DNA of 64,000 bases from Eledone cirrhosa (lineage: Eukaryota). Below are positions 61,001 through 64,000 of this stretch, in pieces. Within the stretch, counting starts at the first letter, position 1. Every line of letters starts with the position of its first letter. The position numbers and the translations under genes were made by a program. The DNA lies in NCBI GenBank assembly GCA_964016885.1, contig OZ024741.1:13516001-13580000 (forward strand), read 5' to 3'. Below the pieces are notes generated by a model. It saw nothing but the letters and a program-made list of their open reading frames with translations, had not been told where the DNA came from and ran no database searches.

Positions 61001-64000
61001 CAAAGGTTAACACTACCAAGGTTATCACTACCAAGGTTAACACTACCAATGTTAACACTACCAAGGTTAACACTACCAAGGTTAACACTACCTAGGTTAA
61101 TACTACCAAGGTTAACACTACCAAGGTTAACACTACCAAGGTTAACACTACCAAGGTTAACACTACCAAGGTTAACACTACCAAGGTTAACACTACCTAG
61201 GTTAATACTACCAAGGTTAACACTACCAAAGGTTAACACTACCAAGGTTAACACTACCAAGGTTAACACTACCAAGGTTAACACTACCAAAGGTTAACAC
61301 TACCTAGGTTAACACTACCTAGGTTAATACTACCAAGGTTAATACTACTTAGGTTAATGCTACCAAGGTTAACACTACCTAGGTTAACACTACCAAGGTT
61401 AACACTACCTAGGTTAACACTACCAAGGTTAACACTACCAAAAGTTAACACTACCAAGGTTAACGCTACCTAGGTTAACACTACCAAGGTTAACGCTACC
61501 TAGGTTAACACTACCAAGGTTAACACTACCTAGGTTAACACTACCAAAGGTTAACACTACCTAGGTTAACATTACCAAGGTTAACACTACCAAAAGTTAA
61601 CACTACCAAGGTTAACACTACCAAGGTTAACGCTACCTAGGTTAACACTACCAAGGTTAACACTACCTAGGTTAACACTACCAAAGGTTAACACTACCTA
61701 GGTTAACACTACCTAGGTTAACACTACCTAGGTTTACACTACCAAGGTTAACACTACCTAGGTTTGCACTACCTAGGTAACACTACCTAGGTTAACACTA
61801 CCTAGGTTAACACTACCAAGGTTAACACTGCCAAGGTTAACACTACCAAGGTTAACACTACCAAGGTTAACACTACAAAGGTTAACACTATCTAGGTTAA
61901 CACTACCTAGGTTTACAATACCAAGGTTAACACTACCTAGGTGAACACTACCAAGGTTAACACTACCAAGGTTAACACTACCAAGGTTAACACTACCTAG
62001 GTTAACACTACCTAGGTTTACACTACCGAGGATAACACTACCTAGGTTAACACTACCAAGGTTAACACTACCTAGGTTAACACTACCAAAGGTTAACACT
62101 ACCTAGGTTAACACTACCAAGGTTAACACTACCAAAAGTTAACACTACCAAGGTTAACACTACCAAGGTTAACGCTACCTAGGTTAACACTACCAAGGTT
62201 AACACTACCTAGGTTAACACTACCAAAGGTTAACACTACCTAGGTTAACACTACCTAGGTTAACACTACCTAGGTTTACACTACCAAGGTTAACACTACC
62301 TAGGTTTGCACTACCTAGGTAACACTACCTAGGTTAACACTACCTAGGTTAACACTACCAAGGTTAACACTGCCAAGGTTAACACTACCAAGGTTAACAC
62401 TACCTAGGTTAACACTACCTAGGTTTACACTACCAAGGTTAACACTACCTAGGTTAACACTACCAAGGTTAACACTACCTAGGTTAAGACTACCAAGGTT
62501 AACACTACCAAGGTTAAGACTACCAAATGTTAACACTACCAAGGTTAACACTACCAAGGTTAACACTACCAAGGTTAACACTACCTAGGTTAACACTACC
62601 AAGGTTAACACTACCAAGGTTAAGACTACCAAATGTTAACACTACCAAGGTTAACACTACCAAGGTTAACACTACCTAGGTTAACACTACCTAGGTTTAC
62701 AATACCAAGGTTAACACTACCTAGGTGAACACTACCAAGGTTAACACTACCAAGGTTAACACTACCTAGGTTAACACTACCTAGGTTTACACTACCGAGG
62801 ATAACACTACCTAGGGTAACACTACCTAGGTTTACACTACCAAGGTTAACACTACCTAGGTTAACACTACCAAGGTTAACACTACCAAGGTTAACACTAC
62901 CAAGGTTAACACTACCTAGGTTAACACTACCTAGGTTAACTCTACCAAGGTTAACACTACCTAGGGTAACACTACCTAGGTTAACACTACCAAGGTTAAC
63001 ACTACCTAGGTTAACACTACCAAGTTTAACACTACCAAGGTTAATACTACCTAGGCTAACACTACCAAGGTTAACACTACCAAGGTTAACACTACCTAGG
63101 TTTACACTACCTAGGTTAACTCTACCAAGGTTAACACTACCTAGGGTAACACTACCTAGGTTAACTCTACCAAGGTTAACACTACCTAGGGTAACACTAC
63201 CTAGGTTAACACTACCAAGGTTAACACTACCTAGGCTAACACTACCAAGGTTAACACTACCAAGGTTAACACTACCTAGGTTTACACTACCTAGGTTAAC
63301 TCTACCAAGGTTAACACTACCTAGGGTAACACTACCTAGGTTAACTCTACCAAGGTTAACACTACCTAGGGTAACACTACCTAGGTTAACACTACCAAGG
63401 TTAACACTACCTAGGTTAACACTACCAAGGTTAACACTACATAGGTTAACACTACCAAGGTTAACACTACCAAGGTTAACACTACCAAGGTTAACACTAC
63501 CTAGGTTTACACTAACAAGGTTAACACTACCTAGGTTAACACTACCAAGGTTAACACTACCAAGGTTAACACTACCAAGGTTAACACTACCTAGGCTAAC
63601 ACTACCAAGGTTAACACTACCAAGGTTAACACTACCAAGGTTAACACTACCTAGGTTAACACTACCAAGGTTAACACTACCAAGGTTAACACTACCAAGG
63701 TTAACACTACCTAGGTTAACACAACAAGGTTAACACTACCTAGGTTAACACTAGCAAGGTTTACACTACCTTGGTTAACACTACCTAGGTTAACACTACC
63801 AAGGTTAACACGACCAAGGTTAACACTACCTAGGTTAATTCTACCAAGGTTAACACTACCAAGGTTAACACTACCAAGGTTAACACTACCTAGGTTAATT
63901 CTACCAAGGTTAACACTACCTAGGTTAACACTACCTAGGTGAATTCTACCAAGATTAACACTACCTAGGTTAACACTAACAAGGTTAACACTACCTAGTC
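37086..64000. repeat. 15-bp satellite array GGTTAACACTACC(A/T)A with higher-order repeats; continues past the window end
   Basis: ~27 kb of uninterrupted tandem units, single orientation, occasional 14- and 16-bp units. Confidence 0.99.

Noticed and set aside
37031-62581. (SVNLG)n, (VVLTL)n and internal (RLTLP)n ORFs resembling pentapeptide-repeat proteins
   Set aside because: They follow from a 15-bp unit. Frequent 14- and 16-bp units break the frames, and most starts are non-ATG.
37086-64000. Telomeric repeat array
   Set aside because: The unit has only a partial TAGG resemblance and no tandem TTAGGG or TTAGG.

Overview
Eukaryotic, AT-rich, repeat-saturated DNA. The SINE/LINE types suggest a cephalopod such as Octopus (inference). 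No confident host gene is visible. Bases 1-36.9 kb are a pile-up of retroelements inserted into expanded (TA)n microsatellites: RTE LINEs of at least three subfamilies, two CR1/L2-group LINEs, several Penelope-like element (PLE) families with RT and GIY-YIG domains, a CORE-type and a Meta-type SINE, a probable L1/Tx1 3' end and a ~26-bp minisatellite. By eye I find minimal hammerhead ribozyme (HHR) motifs of about seven sequence types, including a U3-A8 core variant inside small fold-back elements. Seven PLE-type insertions share one architecture: inverted arms, one with a 3' extension and one without. From ~37.1 kb to the end is a 15-bp satellite, GGTTAACACTACC(A/T)A, with nested higher-order repeats up to ~9.65 kb. 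Most ORFs in the supplied track are translations of simple repeats. All motifs and structures were read manually and need computational or experimental confirmation.
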